NCBI GenBank assembly: GCA_016935735.1
Contig: JAFGQK010000090.1
Coordinates: 1,250 to 65,249 of the forward strand
Reading direction: 5' to 3'
DNA: 64,000 nt
Origin: Spirochaetales bacterium
GTDB taxonomy: Bacteria > Spirochaetota > Spirochaetia > SZUA-6 > JAFGRV01
Shown piece after piece: positions 8,113 to 18,577 of the stretch. Under the pieces are notes generated by a model that did no database searches, was not told the DNA's origin, and worked only from the letters and a program-made list of their open reading frames with translations. The position numbers were made by a program, and so were the translations under genes. Numbering within the stretch: position 1 is the first letter of the stretch; the number at the start of each line of letters is the position of its first letter.

Positions 8113-11100
8113 ATGCCAGAGTTAAAAGATATTAAACGGTTTAATGAATTTCTCTTTTCTCTTGGGACCGAACCGCAGATTCTTAAAGAAAGAAATGAAG
8201 AAGTAGAAGAAATTCCCGTGCCGGAAGATGGGTTGCCTTCTGATGTCTCTGAATTACTGAATACCCCGGTTGATAACGGTTTTTCTCCTGATACCTCTTC
8301 TACTGGTTTTAATGGAGAGCTTGATGACATCTCCCTACTCGGTACCGGAAGCGATGCAGGTACATCCGGTATGGATACAGGGGATGATCTTGATTTATCA
8401 ATTGATATTCCTGGTATCCCTGATACTTCCGTAGATAGTGATGATGGAGGAACAGAACCCCCGGATGACCTTTCCGATACAACTGGCGACATAACAGGTA
8501 ATGGGATCGGAGATAGTATTATCGATGATAGTGGCGATAATTTTGATTTCGATTCATCATTGACTGATGATATACCAGGGGACCTGTCACTTTCCGGTGA
8601 TTTTTCCGATATCAACGATACTGCCGGGAATGGTGATATAATTGATGATACCGGTACAGACATCACCCCGCCGGACGATATCCCGGGAGATTTCTCCGTC
8701 CCTGATGATTCCGGGATAGATACTGATATCCCGGATGACATCATTGCCGATCTTTCACTCCCTGATAATTTATCCGCTATTACTGATATTGATGAAAGCG
8801 GTGATATTATTGATAGTGCCGGGACAGATATTCCGGATGACGATTTCGGGGATTTTTCCCTTCCTGATGATTCCGGGATAGATACGAACCTGCTGGATGA
8901 TATCCCGAATGACCTTTCGCTTCCCGATGATTTGCCTGATATCATGAGTGATGACTCCGGGAGCAATGCCGGAACAGACATAATCCCACCGGATGATGAT
9001 CTGGGGGATTTCTCCCTCCTCGATGACTCTGGAATAGACCAGAATCCACCGGATGATATCCCCGATACTTTCAGCGATTCAATCGGAGATTTCGGTGATA
9101 TAAGCAGTGATGATACCGGAACAGATACAACTCCGCCGGATGATGACCTGGGAGATTTTTCTCTCCCGGATGCAATTAGTCCGGGCACTATCGAGCCGGG
9201 AGCAGAAATCCCTCCTGGCGCTGATTCATTCGAGGTTAATGATGAAGATGAATTCTTTATCGATGAGTTCAGTATTCCCGAGGAAGATCAGATTGATGCA
9301 CTCTCCGGCATATATGCTGCACGGGAGGGTGAAGAAGAAAAAAAGCAGTTTGGTGAAGTACTTCATGAAGACGAAGACATCTCGATATCCGAAGCCCAAT
9401 TGCAGGCCATACAGAAAACCCTATCCCTCCTACCGCTTAACCTGAAAATCAAAGTGGAAGAACTTATCGGACTGGGACAGGTAACAGGAAATGAGTTGCG
9501 TTCCCTCCTGGATCTGCTGATTAAAAGCGCATCGCCCCAGGAAATTGTTACAATTATTTCACAGATTACAGGCGAGAAGGTGATTCTCCCCAGGAGGTTC
9601 GAGAAAAAAACCGGCATTGCATTTGAAAAAGAAAGAAGGTCTTTTACCTATGTACTCCGTGAAAATCTTGTTCCTTTACTAAGTATTTTTATACCAGGTC
9701 TTATTATTCTGGCAGTCATCACCATTGGCGGTTATAATCTGAAAATATGGCTGGATGCCCAGGATCAATTTAAACGCGGTATCTATTATATCAAAGAAGA
9801 AAAAGAATTTGCATTGGGAAACGATGAGTTTTCACAGGCATATCAGAAAGCACAGGATGACAAATGGTATTTTCGCTATGCAGAAGCATTTACACAGGAA
9901 CATCAATATGAGTATGCCAGGGAAAAATATGAGCAACTGCTGGACATGAAATGGAATGAGGATAATATCGAGTACATAGCAAATATGAATAAGCACGGGA
10001 TTATCGATTATGCTTTATTTGAATCCAGAACCGGCGGTAATTATAAAAAAGCTGCTGCCCTGCTGGATTATCTTTTATTCCGGGAACCATACAACAAACA
10101 GGCACTTCTCGCAGCAGGTGATAATTATCTGGAGTGGTCTAAAGAAGATGATACCTATTATAAAGCAGCAAGTGACATGTATGCAAAATACAAGAATAAG
10201 TATGGTGATACGCCCGAAATCATGTTCAGGTATCTCCGCTTTTTTATTGAGACAGATGATTATGATAAGGTTCTGGAATTAAAAGATCTTTTCCAGTCCA
10301 GGGACAAATTGAAAGTAGATCCCGAAGTTTATGCACAACTTGCCGGGTATCTTATGGAATACAATCAGATCCAGGATGTACGGGATATTCTTGCAAGAGC
10401 CCTGAAAGCAAACCGGAATATTCCGGAAATCCATTATCAACTGGCCCGTTATCTTAACATAATGAAAGAACACAGAGAAGAAGAAAAAGCCCTTTTAAAT
10501 GCTAAAAAGCTATACGAAGCACTCCCTCCACTTAATTTATATGACAGAACATTAAAACATTATATTGATACCTATAATAGACTTGGGAAATTATACTATT
10601 CCAACAGCCGGACAGGTCTTGCAGAAAGTGAACTGGATGAAGCTATTGCAATAATCGAAGACAGGCAGGATAAAAGAATTTTAGGCTTTCATAAAGATCT
10701 TGGAGAAGTTTATTACAACCGTGGAGATATTTTCTACGATCTTAAAGATTATTCTGCTGCACTTGATTATTATGAAAAAGCAGAGAAAAATCTATATTCC
10801 GACCCGGAAATAAATTATAAAAAGGGATTTGTCTATTACAGGGATAACAAGTATCTTGATTCACTCTTAGAATTCTATAAAGCAGAAAAAGGGATGCGAA
10901 ATAACCAGAATATTCTTTTTGCGATCGGAAATGCACTCTATTACCGTGGAGACTACTTTGCCTCCCAGGGTTACTATACACATCTTCTATCCATTTTAGA
11001 GAAAAAAAGAGGAAAAATCGAATACATACGGCCGGATGAAAATCCGGCACACAGGTCATTACTTAACTTCATGATGCGTACGTACAATAACCTGGGGGTA

Positions 11101-11379
11101 ACGATAAAAAAACTTTCCGAAGTATCCAGGAATGAAAAAAAAGAATCCGAGGCCCTCGTTTATCTGACAAAATCTTCCGAATATTATGACATCCTTGACC
11201 GTCTGATTATTGATCCCGAATCAATGGAAAGGGATAAGGAGACAAGAAGTCTTCCTTACCTGAATCAGAAGCATATTTTTTATCCGCAGTTGAATTATAG
11301 TTTAAGTATCTATAATACGATTCCGCTGGATACACATACACTGGATATTGATGATCTCTTTTCCACGGCTATTAAATAA
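8113..11379 (+). CDS. Large protein: acidic Asp-rich repeat region, one TM segment, C-terminal TPR array
   Basis: Residues ~60-370 are D/S/G/P-rich repeats (PPDDxxGDFSLPDDSGID). A hydrophobic helix LVPLLSIFIPGLIILAVITIGGY follows. The C-terminal ~550 aa have many TPR-like A/Y/L patterns (GDIFYDLKDYSAALDYYEKA, GNALYYRGDYFASQGYY). Confidence 0.75.
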   Translation: MPELKDIKRFNEFLFSLGTEPQILKERNEEVEEIPVPEDGLPSDVSELLNTPVDNGFSPDTSSTGFNGELDDISLLGTGSDAGTSGMDTGDDLDLSIDIPGIPDTSVDSDDGGTEPPDDLSDTTGDITGNGIGDSIIDDSGDNFDFDSSLTDDIPGDLSLSGDFSDINDTAGNGDIIDDTGTDITPPDDIPGDFSVPDDSGIDTDIPDDIIADLSLPDNLSAITDIDESGDIIDSAGTDIPDDDFGDFSLPDDSGIDTNLLDDIPNDLSLPDDLPDIMSDDSGSNAGTDIIPPDDDLGDFSLLDDSGIDQNPPDDIPDTFSDSIGDFGDISSDDTGTDTTPPDDDLGDFSLPDAISPGTIEPGAEIPPGADSFEVNDEDEFFIDEFSIPEEDQIDALSGIYAAREGEEEKKQFGEVLHEDEDISISEAQLQAIQKTLSLLPLNLKIKVEELIGLGQVTGNELRSLLDLLIKSASPQEIVTIISQITGEKVILPRRFEKKTGIAFEKERRSFTYVLRENLVPLLSIFIPGLIILAVITIGGYNLKIWLDAQDQFKRGIYYIKEEKEFALGNDEFSQAYQKAQDDKWYFRYAEAFTQEHQYEYAREKYEQLLDMKWNEDNIEYIANMNKHGIIDYALFESRTGGNYKKAAALLDYLLFREPYNKQALLAAGDNYLEWSKEDDTYYKAASDMYAKYKNKYGDTPEIMFRYLRFFIETDDYDKVLELKDLFQSRDKLKVDPEVYAQLAGYLMEYNQIQDVRDILARALKANRNIPEIHYQLARYLNIMKEHREEEKALLNAKKLYEALPPLNLYDRTLKHYIDTYNRLGKLYYSNSRTGLAESELDEAIAIIEDRQDKRILGFHKDLGEVYYNRGDIFYDLKDYSAALDYYEKAEKNLYSDPEINYKKGFVYYRDNKYLDSLLEFYKAEKGMRNNQNILFAIGNALYYRGDYFASQGYYTHLLSILEKKRGKIEYIRPDENPAHRSLLNFMMRTYNNLGVTIKKLSEVSRNEKKESEALVYLTKSSEYYDILDRLIIDPESMERDKETRSLPYLNQKHIFYPQLNYSLSIYNTIPLDTHTLDIDDLFSTAIK
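8560..9175 (+). repeat. In-frame tandem coding repeats (~150-nt period, about 4 copies) inside the 8113-11379 gene
   Basis: A repeated peptide unit (T/A)GTDI(T)PPDD(D/I)(L/P)GDFS(L/V)PDDSGID(T/Q)(D/N)..DDIP.DLSLPD starts near nt 8659, 8824, 8977 and 9121. Confidence 0.7.
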
Positions 11380-11440
11380 TTAATAATTGACTTTTAACAT
11401 GCCGATTTTTCGTCTTTTCAAGAGATTCACCGCTGCTTAT

Positions 11441-11857
11441 TTATCCAGGGAGTTTCATGCCTTCTTCTTTCTTTTTCTTTTTCTTTCTTTTTGGCTTTTC
11501 TTTTCTTTCAATAAACTCCAGAAATACCATCTCTGCTGCATCAGCAGGACGCTGCCCGAGTTTAATTATCCGGGTATATCCTCCAGGCCGCTCCAGGAAC
11601 CGCGGTGCAATATCCGTAAATAATTTTGTAAGAATCCCTTTATCCTGAATAACTCTTGACACGACCCTTCTTCTATGTACCGTATCGTTCTTTGCTTTTG
11701 TAATGAGTTTTTCTGCTGTTCTCCGGATTTCTTTTGCTTTTGCAATTGTTGTCTTAATCCGTTCGAACTTGAAAAGAGATGTGACCATATTTCTATGCAG
11801 AGCTTTTCTGTGGGCCGATTTTCTTCCCAATCTGTTAAACTTAATCTTGTGTTTCAT
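11441..11857 (-). CDS. rplQ: 50S ribosomal protein L17 with Lys-rich C-terminal tail
   Basis: [39 protein letters not shown] is the canonical L17 N-terminus. Last gene of the alpha operon. The tail is [15 protein letters not shown]. Confidence 0.95.
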   Translation of the reverse strand: MKHKIKFNRLGRKSAHRKALHRNMVTSLFKFERIKTTIAKAKEIRRTAEKLITKAKNDTVHRRRVVSRVIQDKGILTKLFTDIAPRFLERPGGYTRIIKLGQRPADAAEMVFLEFIERKEKPKRKKKKKKEEGMKLPG

Positions 11858-12899
11858 CAGAATCCTTATTATCCTCTTTCTTCTTTATTTCCTTAAGAAT
11901 ACTGTAATCCACCATACCAAGGGAAAGATTCCATTCCTTCAGCTTATCCTTGATTTCCTGTAAAGATTTTTTTCCAAAATTTCTGGTCTTTACCAGATCC
12001 TCTTCTGTTTTTTTTGTAAGATCACCCAGGGTCCTTATATTGGCATTCTTAAGACAATTGCTTGAACGGACAGAAAGCTCGAGTTCTTCCACAGGAGTAT
12101 CAAGGAACTTCCTGATTCGTTCTTCCTCATCATCCCTGTCATCTTCTTTTAGTATTTCATCTTCATCAAAATTTATGAATATAGTAAAATGCTCCTTGGC
12201 GATTTTTGATGCTTCTGCAAGGGCATCTGCAGGTGAAATACTCCCATCTGTCCAGATTTCCAGAATGAGTTTATCATAATCGGATCTCTGTCCTACCCGG
12301 GCGTTTTCTATTGTATACTTTACCTTTACAATCGGTGAAAAAATCGCATCAATAGGAATCGTACCGATAACATCAATATATTTTTCATTGCGTTCGGCCG
12401 ATACATATCCTCTTCCCAGGTCTATCTGTAATTCCAGTTCAATATGAGCTTTATCGGATAATGTTGCAATATGAAGATCTTTATTGATAATTTTAACATT
12501 ACCACCTGCTTCAATGCTTCCCGCTTTAAATTCCAGCGGTCCATTCAGTTCTACTGCAACCGTTTCTGATTCAATATCATCACCAAGCTGTATCTGAACC
12601 TTTTTCAGGTTATTTATCACTATTGGGGTATCCTCAACAACCTCCGGGATCGATTCATACTCATTCGAAATAACTTTCGGGATCCCTTCATTATTATAAT
12701 GTGTTATCCGGATAGCAGTAATGGCATATCCCTGGATTGAAGACAAAAGGATTCTCCTTAATGAGTTCCCAATTGTCATCCCATATCCTCTTTCAAACGG
12801 ATATGCCGTGAATTTTCCGTAAAAAGTATCTTCTTCCGATTGATCAAAAATGATACCTTTTGGTCTTTTGAATCCTTTTAATAAATTCTTTCTTGCCAT
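11841..12899 (-). CDS. rpoA: DNA-directed RNA polymerase subunit alpha
   Basis: Start set at the ATG at 12899 ([13 protein letters not shown]), just after the rpsD stop. The C-terminal domain block is [21 protein letters not shown]. The 3' end overlaps the rplQ start by 17 nt. Confidence 0.95.
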   Translation of the reverse strand: MARKNLLKGFKRPKGIIFDQSEEDTFYGKFTAYPFERGYGMTIGNSLRRILLSSIQGYAITAIRITHYNNEGIPKVISNEYESIPEVVEDTPIVINNLKKVQIQLGDDIESETVAVELNGPLEFKAGSIEAGGNVKIINKDLHIATLSDKAHIELELQIDLGRGYVSAERNEKYIDVIGTIPIDAIFSPIVKVKYTIENARVGQRSDYDKLILEIWTDGSISPADALAEASKIAKEHFTIFINFDEDEILKEDDRDDEEERIRKFLDTPVEELELSVRSSNCLKNANIRTLGDLTKKTEEDLVKTRNFGKKSLQEIKDKLKEWNLSLGMVDYSILKEIKKKEDNKDSDETQD

Positions 12900-12909
12900 T
12901 ATTACTCCT

Positions 12910-13545
12910 TTATTTTGAGTAAAGCTCGACAATAAGCTGTTCCTTGATATCAGCAAGATCGATTACATCATTCCTAGATGGTATAGTTTTTAAAATCCCA
13001 AACATATTATCCGGGTCCACATCCAGCCATGGAACAACCCCTGATCGTGAATATTCTTTTAAACTCTCCTTAATGACCAGGAGTTTTTTACTTCGCTCCC
13101 GGATTTCAACCTTATCGCCTTGCCGGAGGATGTATGAAGGAATATTCACTCTTTTGTCATTCACCCGTACATGTCCGTGAGAAACCAACTGACGAGCCTG
13201 CTTTCTTGAAGAGGCGAAACGCATGCGGTATACAACAGTATCCAATCTTCTTTCAAGAAGACGGATCAAATTTTCACCTGTCACACCTTTCATTTTATTC
13301 GCTTTATTAAAAAATATTTTAAACTGCCTTTCAAGCATTCCGTACATTCTTTTTAATTTTTGTTTTTCCCTTAATTGCAACCCGTAATCAGAGACTTTTC
13401 TCATTCTAAACCTCTGACCTTTTCCCGGAGCTCCTCTTTTCTTGGTGATTGCACAATTCGGACCTTTACATCTTTCTCCTTTTAGAAAAAGCTGTTTTCG
13501 CTCTGTTCTGCAATTACGGCACTGGGGTCCTAAATTTCTTGCCAT
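12910..13545 (-). CDS. rpsD: 30S ribosomal protein S4
   Basis: [27 protein letters not shown]-terminus and an S4 RNA-binding domain ([30 protein letters not shown]). Confidence 0.95.
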   Translation of the reverse strand: MARNLGPQCRNCRTERKQLFLKGERCKGPNCAITKKRGAPGKGQRFRMRKVSDYGLQLREKQKLKRMYGMLERQFKIFFNKANKMKGVTGENLIRLLERRLDTVVYRMRFASSRKQARQLVSHGHVRVNDKRVNIPSYILRQGDKVEIRERSKKLLVIKESLKEYSRSGVVPWLDVDPDNMFGILKTIPSRNDVIDLADIKEQLIVELYSK

Positions 13546-13563
13546 TCTTATATCTCCTTTATT

Positions 13564-13947
13564 CTAAACTCTCCTGCTTTTCTGCGGTCTGCATCCATTA
13601 TGGGGAATAGGGGTAATATCTTTTATGGATTTCACCTTTATCCCAAGCGCACCCAGGGCTCTTATCGCAGATTCTCTCCCAACTCCAGGGCCTTTCACAA
13701 ATACATTTACTTCATGTAATCCATGATCTATGGCCTTTTTTGCAGCAGTTTCAGCTGTTTGCTGGGCTGCAAAGGGTGTGGATTTTTTCGCTCCCCTGAA
13801 TCCGAGGGAACCTGCTGATGCCCAGGAGATTGCATTTCCCTTCTGATCTGTAATCGTTACAATCGTATTATTAAATGTGGCCTGGATATAAACACACCCG
13901 TATGGAATATTCTTTTTTTTCTCTTTTTTCCCTTTCCTCTTTGCCAC
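13564..13947 (-). CDS. rpsK: 30S ribosomal protein S11
   Basis: [20 protein letters not shown]...[14 protein letters not shown]...[18 protein letters not shown]. Confidence 0.95.
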   Translation of the reverse strand: MAKRKGKKEKKKNIPYGCVYIQATFNNTIVTITDQKGNAISWASAGSLGFRGAKKSTPFAAQQTAETAAKKAIDHGLHEVNVFVKGPGVGRESAIRALGALGIKVKSIKDITPIPHNGCRPQKSRRV

Positions 13948-13969
13948 GATATTATTTCCTCCTTAAAAA

Positions 13970-14341
13970 TTATTTCTTTCTTCTCTTACCTGCTACAGTT
14001 TTTCTCTTGCCTTTCCGTGTCCGGGCATTTGTTTTTGTTCTCTGGCCCCGGACAGGTAATCCTTTCCGGTGACGGAGTCCCCTGTAGCATCCAATATCAA
14101 TGAGTCGTTTTATATTCAGAGCAATTTCAGTTCTGAGTCTTCCTTCTACTTTATAGTCATTTTCAATAACCTTCCGTAATTTATTTACTTCTTCTGCAGG
14201 AAGATCATTCATCCGTAAAATCGGATCTATCCCGGTTTTCTCACATATATTTCTGGCAGATGATCTGCCGATTCCAAAAATATAGGTGAGTGCAATATCT
14301 ATATGCTTGTTTGGAAGATCTACTCCAGCAATTCTCGCCAT
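13970..14341 (-). CDS. rpsM: 30S ribosomal protein S13
   Basis: [25 protein letters not shown]...[21 protein letters not shown]. Confidence 0.95.
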   Translation of the reverse strand: MARIAGVDLPNKHIDIALTYIFGIGRSSARNICEKTGIDPILRMNDLPAEEVNKLRKVIENDYKVEGRLRTEIALNIKRLIDIGCYRGLRHRKGLPVRGQRTKTNARTRKGKRKTVAGKRRKK

Positions 14342-14467
14342 GGATATTTACTCCTTATAATTAATAATCTTCTCAACACCTCATTCTCTGTAAGTGTCTG
14401 GTTAAAAAATATACTAAAATACTTAAAAACAGCGTATATTAAATGCTTCACAAAATACCTGTTATTC

Positions 14468-14581
14468 CTATTTCTGTCTTTGTTTATGTTTTGGATTCTT
14501 GCAAATAATCCTTAACACACCTCTTCTGCGAATAACTTTACATTTTTCACAAATAGGTTTAACACTTGATCTTACCTTCAT
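14468..14581 (-). CDS. rpmJ: 50S ribosomal protein L36 (Zn-ribbon form), 37 aa, not in the ORF track
   Basis: Hand translation of the minus strand gives [37 protein letters not shown] followed by TAG. ATG at 14581-14579. Located between secY and rpsM as expected. Confidence 0.9.
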   Translation of the reverse strand: MKVRSSVKPICEKCKVIRRRGVLRIICKNPKHKQRQK

Positions 14582-14616
14582 AATCTCTCATCCTTATCTA
14601 TAATCAATTTCGCCTG

Positions 14617-15939
14617 CTATAAATTCCTCGATTTTATCTTTCCTTTTTTTACCAATCCATCATGATGATGCATTCGCAGGTGACCTTCTATTTGCGACAT
14701 CGTATCGAGGTCTACTCCAACCATAATAAGAAGGGATGTCCCACCCATAAGCATTGCAACATCCCGTGGAAACTTGAATAAAAGGGTAATCACGGTTGGT
14801 ATAATTGCAATAAAAGCTAAAAATAAAGAACCGGGTAAAATAATTCTCATCAGTATCCGGTTAAGATATTCTTCCATTTTTTCCGATCTTATGCCAGGAA
14901 TTGAACCGCCATTTTCCCTTATATTTTTTGATATCTCAAAGGGATTCAGCGTAACCTGGGTATAGAAGTATGCAAAGAATACAATGAGTAATCCATACAC
15001 AATATTATATCCAATTTTATCCCATGTAAACCCTCTTAAAAAGGACTGAAAAAATTGAATGTCCTTGCCCAGACCCTGGATAAGTTGAATCGGGAAGGTT
15101 AAAAGAGCACTGGCAAAGATAACAGGAATAACCCCGGACGGATTGATCTTAAAAGGAAGATAGGTATTCTGTGAACCGTATATCTTTCTTCCTATAACCC
15201 GTTTTGCATAATAAACCGGGATCTTTCTCTGACCCTGTTGTTCATAAATAACAAGGGCAACGACAACAACGAATATCGCTATAACAATAATAAGAAATAC
15301 CGGATTCAATCCTGAATTAGGATCCCGTACAGCCTGCACCAGGGATATGGCCGATTGGGGCATTCTGGCTACAATTCCTGCAAATATCAGGATCGATATC
15401 CCGTTTCCAATTCCCCTCTGTGTAATCTGTTCTCCAAGCCAGACAAGAAAAACTGTACCGGTCGTTACTGTTAACATGGCAATAAAGGTAAAATAGAGAG
15501 GATCTATTGTTAATGCCTTAAATTCATTTGCCAACTGGGGTATTGTTAACGATTGAATCATACAGACAGGAATAGTCAAATACCTTGTATATTTCTGTAT
15601 TTTTTTCTTTCCACCTTCTTCTTCAGACAATTTCTTTAACTTTGGGAAAATTATGGTGAGGAGATTCATTATAATAGAAGTGGTAATGTACGGCATAACT
15701 CCAAGCATAAAAATGGAAACATTTTTAAATGCTCCCCCTGCAAAAAAATCGATAAAATCAAAGATACCGCCCATTCCCCCTGCACCCTGGTTAAAATAAT
15801 TAATAACTGCTGTCCGGTCTATTCCCGGGACAGGTATGAATGCGCCAAGACGAAAAATAACAAGAACAAATAAAGTAAACAAAATCCTGTTACGTAAATC
15901 CTTGATTCTGAAAATGTCTATAATTGGATTACTCGCCAT
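14617..15939 (-). CDS. secY: Preprotein translocase subunit SecY
   Basis: 440 aa with 10 hydrophobic segments. Typical SecY blocks (GIMPYITTSII-like VMPYITTSIIMNLL, WLGEQITQRGIGNGISILIFAGI). Follows rplO in the spc operon. Confidence 0.95.
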   Translation of the reverse strand: MASNPIIDIFRIKDLRNRILFTLFVLVIFRLGAFIPVPGIDRTAVINYFNQGAGGMGGIFDFIDFFAGGAFKNVSIFMLGVMPYITTSIIMNLLTIIFPKLKKLSEEEGGKKKIQKYTRYLTIPVCMIQSLTIPQLANEFKALTIDPLYFTFIAMLTVTTGTVFLVWLGEQITQRGIGNGISILIFAGIVARMPQSAISLVQAVRDPNSGLNPVFLIIVIAIFVVVVALVIYEQQGQRKIPVYYAKRVIGRKIYGSQNTYLPFKINPSGVIPVIFASALLTFPIQLIQGLGKDIQFFQSFLRGFTWDKIGYNIVYGLLIVFFAYFYTQVTLNPFEISKNIRENGGSIPGIRSEKMEEYLNRILMRIILPGSLFLAFIAIIPTVITLLFKFPRDVAMLMGGTSLLIMVGVDLDTMSQIEGHLRMHHHDGLVKKGKIKSRNL

Positions 15940-16546
15940 CTTCTCCTGCCTTTTCTTTATCCTTAGCTTTGCCTTTTACGGAAACCTTTTCTTTTTTCCC
16001 GGTTTCGGTTTTTTCTTCCTGTTCCTCATCATCATCTGCTTTTGCTCTTTTCTTTGTCTTCTTTTTATCTTTTTCGTTATCCTTTTCTTTTACCTTTGCT
16101 TTCTCTTTCACAATTACTTCGCCGCCCAGGGATATAATTGTTTCCTGTGCACTTTTCGATACCTTATCGATTTCCACAATAAGTTTTTTCGTAAGTGTTC
16201 CACCGGAAAGTATTTTAACAGGATAAGCCTTTTTACGCACTATCTTTTCCCGGATAAGTTCTTCTTTTGTCACTTTACTTCCATCTTCGAATATCTCAAG
16301 TGCGCCGAGTTTTATTATTGTATATACCTTTTTAAATCGTGAATTGGAAAAACCCCTGGTAGCAATTCTACGATATAAGGGCATTTGTCCACCTTCAAAT
16401 CCCGGACGGACTCGCCCTCCTGCTCTCGCTTTCTGCCCTTTTGTCCCTTTACCGGACGTTGAACCATATCCTGATCCAATTCCACGGCCAATTATTTTCC
16501 GGTTTTTCCTGGCACCTTTGGGTGCTTTGATCTGTATTTTATCCAT
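15929..16546 (-). CDS. rplO: 50S ribosomal protein L15 with ~58-aa Lys/Glu-rich C-terminal extension
   Basis: GRGIGSGYGSTSGKGTKGQKARAGG core. The normal end ...SLGGEVIV is followed by KEKAKVKEKDNEKDKKKTKKRAKADDDEEQEEK.... The 3' end overlaps the secY start by 11 nt. Confidence 0.9.
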   Translation of the reverse strand: MDKIQIKAPKGARKNRKIIGRGIGSGYGSTSGKGTKGQKARAGGRVRPGFEGGQMPLYRRIATRGFSNSRFKKVYTIIKLGALEIFEDGSKVTKEELIREKIVRKKAYPVKILSGGTLTKKLIVEIDKVSKSAQETIISLGGEVIVKEKAKVKEKDNEKDKKKTKKRAKADDDEEQEEKTETGKKEKVSVKGKAKDKEKAGEDGE

Positions 16547-16731
16547 TATGTTATCTCCTCGACAACCACAAGGTGCGATACAGTATTCACCATACCCATA
16601 ATCTGGGGAGTAACCTCTTTCTCTACATTGGAATTGATCTTACGAAGACCCAATGCATGAACAGTCTTTCTCTGGCATGGCTTGCTTCCAATAACACTCT
16701 TTACCAGTTTTATACGAATTTTCTTTTTCAT
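16546..16731 (-). CDS. rpmD: 50S ribosomal protein L30
   Basis: Start set at the ATG at 16731 ([33 protein letters not shown]), directly after the rpsE stop. TAATG overlap with rplO. Confidence 0.9.
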   Translation of the reverse strand: MKKKIRIKLVKSVIGSKPCQRKTVHALGLRKINSNVEKEVTPQIMGMVNTVSHLVVVEEIT

Positions 16732-16732
16732 T

Positions 16733-17230
16733 TTATCCCCAAATCTCCTGTACTGTCTTATTTCTGTTTTGAGCGATCTTTTTTGCATTCATCAACCTGC
16801 CAAAACCGTTGAATACGGCTTTGAGAATATTCATCGAATTATCGCTTCCTAAAGACTTACTCAAAATATCTTTTACACCAACTGCATCCATAACAGCCCG
16901 GACAGGACCTCCTGCAATAACACCTGTTCCAGGGGCAGCGGGTTTTAATATAACCCGTGCGCTCTTGTATTTACCGATTATCATATGAGGTATTGTATTT
17001 TTTTGAAGGTTAACCATAATCACATTCTTTTTTGCTTTTTCAAGGCTTTTCTTTATTGCTTCTGAAACGTCGTTTGCCTTGCCAAAGCCGAATCCGACTC
17101 TCCCTTTCTGATCACCGACAACAACCAGGGCAGAAAATGAAAATCGCCTTCCACCTTTCACCACCTTGGCAACACGATTAAGCCTTACAAGTTTTTCTAT
17201 ATATTCTTTTTCGGTTCTATTATCGTCCAC
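16733..17230 (-). CDS. rpsE: 30S ribosomal protein S5
   Basis: GTG start preceded by gggagg. [26 protein letters not shown]...[17 protein letters not shown]. Confidence 0.95.
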   Translation of the reverse strand: MDDNRTEKEYIEKLVRLNRVAKVVKGGRRFSFSALVVVGDQKGRVGFGFGKANDVSEAIKKSLEKAKKNVIMVNLQKNTIPHMIIGKYKSARVILKPAAPGTGVIAGGPVRAVMDAVGVKDILSKSLGSDNSMNILKAVFNGFGRLMNAKKIAQNRNKTVQEIWG

Positions 17231-17239
17231 ATTTCCTCC

Positions 17240-17599
17240 CTAAAAATGAATGCCTGCTTTTCTTGTTGCATCAGCAATAACTTTTATAATACCATGATAT
17301 TTATATCCGTTCCTGTCAAAAACAATCCCGGAAATATTCTTCTCCTTTAATCGCTTCCCGATAATTTCTCCAAGACGCCCGGCATCCTTAACTCTGCTTT
17401 TAATATCGATAAATTCCTTTTCCTTATTTGATGCAGAAGCGATCGTATGACCTTTTTTATCATCGATAACCTGTATATAGATATATTTGTTACTTTTATA
17501 AATCGTCATACGGGGTTTTTCTGTAATTCCCCTTACTTTCCTTCGAATTCTTATTCTCCGCCTGTAGCGGCGTCTGGTTTTTTCTTCCATTTTTCTCAT
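17240..17599 (-). CDS. rplR: 50S ribosomal protein L18
   Basis: [35 protein letters not shown]...[24 protein letters not shown]. Confidence 0.95.
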   Translation of the reverse strand: MRKMEEKTRRRYRRRIRIRRKVRGITEKPRMTIYKSNKYIYIQVIDDKKGHTIASASNKEKEFIDIKSRVKDAGRLGEIIGKRLKEKNISGIVFDRNGYKYHGIIKVIADATRKAGIHF

Positions 17600-17608
17600 A
17601 ACACTATC

Positions 17609-18151
17609 CTACTTTACCCCTGTTTTTCCGACTTTCTTTCTTACATACTCGTTTTCGTATCGAATTCCTTTACCTTTATAAGGTTCCGGCGGTCTGAATG
17701 CGCGAACTTCCGCACATACCTGGCCAACCTGTTTTTTATCTATACCTGATACGAAAATCTTCGTATTTGCTTCCACTTTACAGCTTATGCCTGCCGGAAG
17801 TGTATAAACAACAGGATGTGCAAAACCAAGGGAAAGGACGAGGTCATTCTCCTTAACTTCCGCTTTATATCCGACACCTATGATTTGAAGAACCTTTGTA
17901 AATCCGTCTGTGACCCCTGTTACCATGTTGTTAATAAGATTTCTATAAAGCCCGTGCATGGATCTTACCCTTTTGCTGTCATTCTTCCTGTTCACATAGA
18001 TAAAAGGTTTTTCATACTTTATCTCTATCATATCATCATAATCCTGAGTGAGTTTTCCTTTCGGACTTTCTATCGTCACTTTATTGTCTTTAATGGTGAC
18101 GTTTATATTATCTTTCTTCACCTCAACAGGAATTCTACCAATCCTGGACAT
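17609..18151 (-). CDS. rplF: 50S ribosomal protein L6
   Basis: MSRIGRIPVEV...LVLSLGFAHPVVY...RPPEPYKGKGIRY. Confidence 0.95.
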   Translation of the reverse strand: MSRIGRIPVEVKKDNINVTIKDNKVTIESPKGKLTQDYDDMIEIKYEKPFIYVNRKNDSKRVRSMHGLYRNLINNMVTGVTDGFTKVLQIIGVGYKAEVKENDLVLSLGFAHPVVYTLPAGISCKVEANTKIFVSGIDKKQVGQVCAEVRAFRPPEPYKGKGIRYENEYVRKKVGKTGVK

Positions 18152-18166
18152 ATCTCTCCTCTCTTC

Positions 18167-18565
18167 CTACCAGATACTGCAAAGCAGTTCACCGCCTACT
18201 TTTTTCTCTTTTGCCTTTTTTCCTGTAATAACACCTTCCGATGTACTGATAATAATAATACCGTATCCATTAAATATACGCGGCATTTTTTTATAAGAAA
18301 CATACATCCGCCTGCCCGGCTTTGATAGACGGTCAAGCCCGGTAATGACCGGGGTTTCTTTTTCTGCATATTTCAGAAAAATACGTATGTAGTTTCTATT
18401 ATCATGATTTATCTTCTTAAAGGTTTTTATAAACCCTTCATTCTTTAGAATTTTCGTTATTTCCAGCTTTACCCGCGAAGTGGATATATCCACTTTCTCA
18501 AATTTAGCTGTATTTGCATTACGAATTTTAGTAAGCATATCTGCTATAGGATCAGATAAACTCAT
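18167..18565 (-). CDS. rpsH: 30S ribosomal protein S8
   Basis: MSLSDPIADMLTKIRNA...GYGIIIISTSEGVITGKKAKEKKVGGELLCSIW. Confidence 0.95.
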   Translation of the reverse strand: MSLSDPIADMLTKIRNANTAKFEKVDISTSRVKLEITKILKNEGFIKTFKKINHDNRNYIRIFLKYAEKETPVITGLDRLSKPGRRMYVSYKKMPRIFNGYGIIIISTSEGVITGKKAKEKKVGGELLCSIW

Positions 18566-18577
18566 ATAGTACTCCCT

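Noticed and set aside
8560-9175. Regular ~150-nt repeats considered as a possible CRISPR-like or satellite array
   Set aside because: The repeats are in frame inside a long ORF, are imperfect, and have no unique spacers. They are coding tandem repeats.
8028-9188. 386-aa Ser/Pro/Ile-rich ORF on the minus strand
   Set aside because: It is the exact antisense shadow of the Asp-rich repeat region of the 8113-11379 gene (GAT/GAC codons read backwards give ATC/GTC and Ser-rich frames). It has no start context and overlaps the upstream gene 7336-8031.
11387-11963. Several 63-86-aa plus-strand ORFs
   Set aside because: They are antisense to rplQ and the 3' end of rpoA. The Phe/Leu-rich shadows come from Lys-rich coding sequence.
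15836-16342. 168-aa and 100-aa plus-strand ORFs rich in Phe/Leu/Ser
   Set aside because: They are antisense to the Lys/Glu-rich tail of rplO and the 5' end of secY. The low-complexity composition mirrors the AAG/GAA codons of the real gene.
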